DNA of 64,000 nucleotides from Microthyrium microscopicum (Eukaryota): NCBI GenBank assembly GCA_010405405.1, contig MU004236.1, positions 1,618,070 to 1,682,069 of the forward strand, read 5' to 3'. Shown piece by piece: positions 62,189 to 64,000 of this stretch (position 1 is its first letter; each line of letters starts with the position of its first letter). The notes under the pieces were generated by a model. It saw only the letters and a program-made list of their open reading frames with translations, ran no database searches and was not told where the DNA came from. The position numbers and the translations under genes were made by a program.

Positions 62189-64000
62189 ATGGTCGTGGTA
62201 AGATCCGGCATCTTGCGCCTGTATCATTTTCGGCCTAAACCAATTCTATTCTCGTCTCAATGGCTTCTTCAACATCAAATTCCTGTCCAGCGCTTTTCAG
62301 TCATATCCAAAACATACCTCCAAGGACCAACACAACCATCTCCAGACCCAAATCCACTCCCTGTTGACAATGAGCTACCCCCAGACTCAACATCTATTCC
62401 TAAAGGAGCATGGAAGGGAACTGCTTTCAAAATGGCTGAGAGCGCACTTACTACTCTTGCATCCATAACAATTCTAGGGTTAGTGCTCGATATCATGTTA
62501 CACTTGTGTATCCAGCTAAATATGTACTAGACTTATTGGATACTCATATACGTTGTACTATAAGCGCATGGTTCTCGCAAAGATGGAAGTTAGTAGTTTT
62601 CGGATGCTTTCTCATCTCCTGTATTGACCATTGCTCCAGAATGCTTTCACGCCTGGCGACCCAGTCCTGGATCTAGCCTATTCACGGGGCGCATCACCAG
62701 ATGGGGAGAGCGCAAGTGATCACCAGCATTGGGTCCAACGACCAGAACAATCAGTCATAGACGCCATTATCGCTGGTCGTCTGCAGGAACACTACTACCT
62801 GCTCATCGGCGAAAAGGGCGTCGGCAAGTCATCCATGCTCATCGACGCTATGCGTAAAATCGATGGCGAAGGTGTGGCCATGTTTGAAGCGCATGCCGAT
62901 CTGGAAATATTTCGCGTCCGGCTAGGCAAATCCCTGGATTTCGAGTACCACGAGGACAACATTGGATCGCTGTTTTCGATACGTGGACCTCGTGATGCAA
63001 GTGCAATTTTGGATATTGAGCGTGCGTTCAATAAGCTGGAGAAAGTTGCATTGAAGCGAAGAAAGGCGGTTGGCAGACCGCTGATCCTCATCATCAATAG
63101 CGTTCATCTGCTTAGAGATGACGAGGATGGACGCGATTTGATCGAGTTGATCCAACAAAGAGCGGAGCAATGGGCTGCCTCGAATTTGGTGACGGTGGTC
63201 ATGAATAGCGACGACTATTGGGTTTACGAACGACTGAAGAACTATGCGACTCGTCTGAAAGTCCTGCCCGTACTTGATTTGACCAAGGATGCGGCGCTAT
63301 CAGCACTCAAATCTTATCGTTTAAGATATTTCAACGAAAATACCTCCAAGTCTATGCTCGAAGAGGTATATTCAAGAGTTGGTGGGCGGGTCTCATTCTT
63401 GAGTCGGGTGGCGAAAGAGAAAAACATGCTGCAAGTCTGCCAGTACATTGAGGAGGCTGAAAAGACGTGGTTTCTAAACAAGGTACGCCAAAAAGAAGAC
63501 CGGATGTCTATTACCATACCTAACAGTTGCAGTGCTGGATACTTGGCTCAGAAATGGATGACGATGTTATGGATCAGCAGAAATTCGCGTCTGCGGCCAT
63601 GGTGCTAGCCAAAGCACTGGTAGAACAAGAAGCAGAACAGCATCTAGACCACCAATCCGACGACGAACAGGACACAGACTCCACAGGGGTAATAACAAAA
63701 TCAGTCAAAGATTCCAAGGGGAACTACGTGCTCCCCTCTCTCCCACTTCACAAAGCTCGCGAAGTCATGACGCGAGCCGACTTCATTCAAGCTTACGACC
63801 ACGACAATATCTTCACCATCAGCGCTGACGGCAGAGTGCGAGCTGATAGTGTGCCAATGATGACTGCCTTCCGTTCCGTCTGCAATGAACCTGGATTCGC
63901 CAAGTTCCTTGAAGACACACTTGATCGCATTAGCGATATCGAATCCTTGGGACGTACGAGAGAACTTACCATCAAGGATCTCTGGAAGGGCGGCAAGTAC
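62189..64000 (+). CDS. Uncharacterised P-loop (AAA/ATPase-like) protein; 3' end beyond the window
   Basis: Exons 62189-62478, 62531-62588, 62640-63482, 63533-end, with frame-preserving GT..AG introns. Arg-rich N-terminus, one hydrophobic segment (TLASITILGLIGYSYTLYY), Walker A GEKGVGKS; last exon CWILGSEMDDDVMDQQKFASAAMVLAKAL...IESLGRTRELTIKDLW. Confidence 0.85.

Overview
Filamentous ascomycete (Pezizomycotina-type) genomic DNA with two compartments. Two GC-balanced gene regions (1-20.5 kb and 61.8-64 kb) flank a 41.3-kb AT-rich block heavily mutated by RIP (repeat-induced point mutation). Genes: 5' end of nitrate reductase (niaD-like, missed by the ORF track, with NirA/AreA-type sites upstream), an orphan 390-aa ORF, a Bos1 SNARE, a secreted M28 peptidase, a small secreted WSC protein, a PAF-acetylhydrolase-family lipase, a FUBP-like KH-domain RNA-binding protein and an uncharacterised P-loop protein running off the right edge. 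The AT block resolves into five nested Ty3/Gypsy LTR retrotransposons (A contains B; B contains C and D; D contains E), each with paired equal-length LTRs and a 5-bp target-site duplication (TSD). It is inserted in what was probably a ~640-bp divergent promoter. The most striking item is a 7-exon, ~1095-aa chimeric gene (9939-13564) that the ORF track splits into pieces: HeLo-like N-terminal domain, TPR-like helical region, a degenerate fragment of a Drs2-type P4-ATPase P-domain, and a degenerate Rho1-like GTPase with no CAAX box. This looks like a fungal cell-death/immune receptor with integrated decoys (inference). All family assignments come from manual motif recognition; no searches were run.
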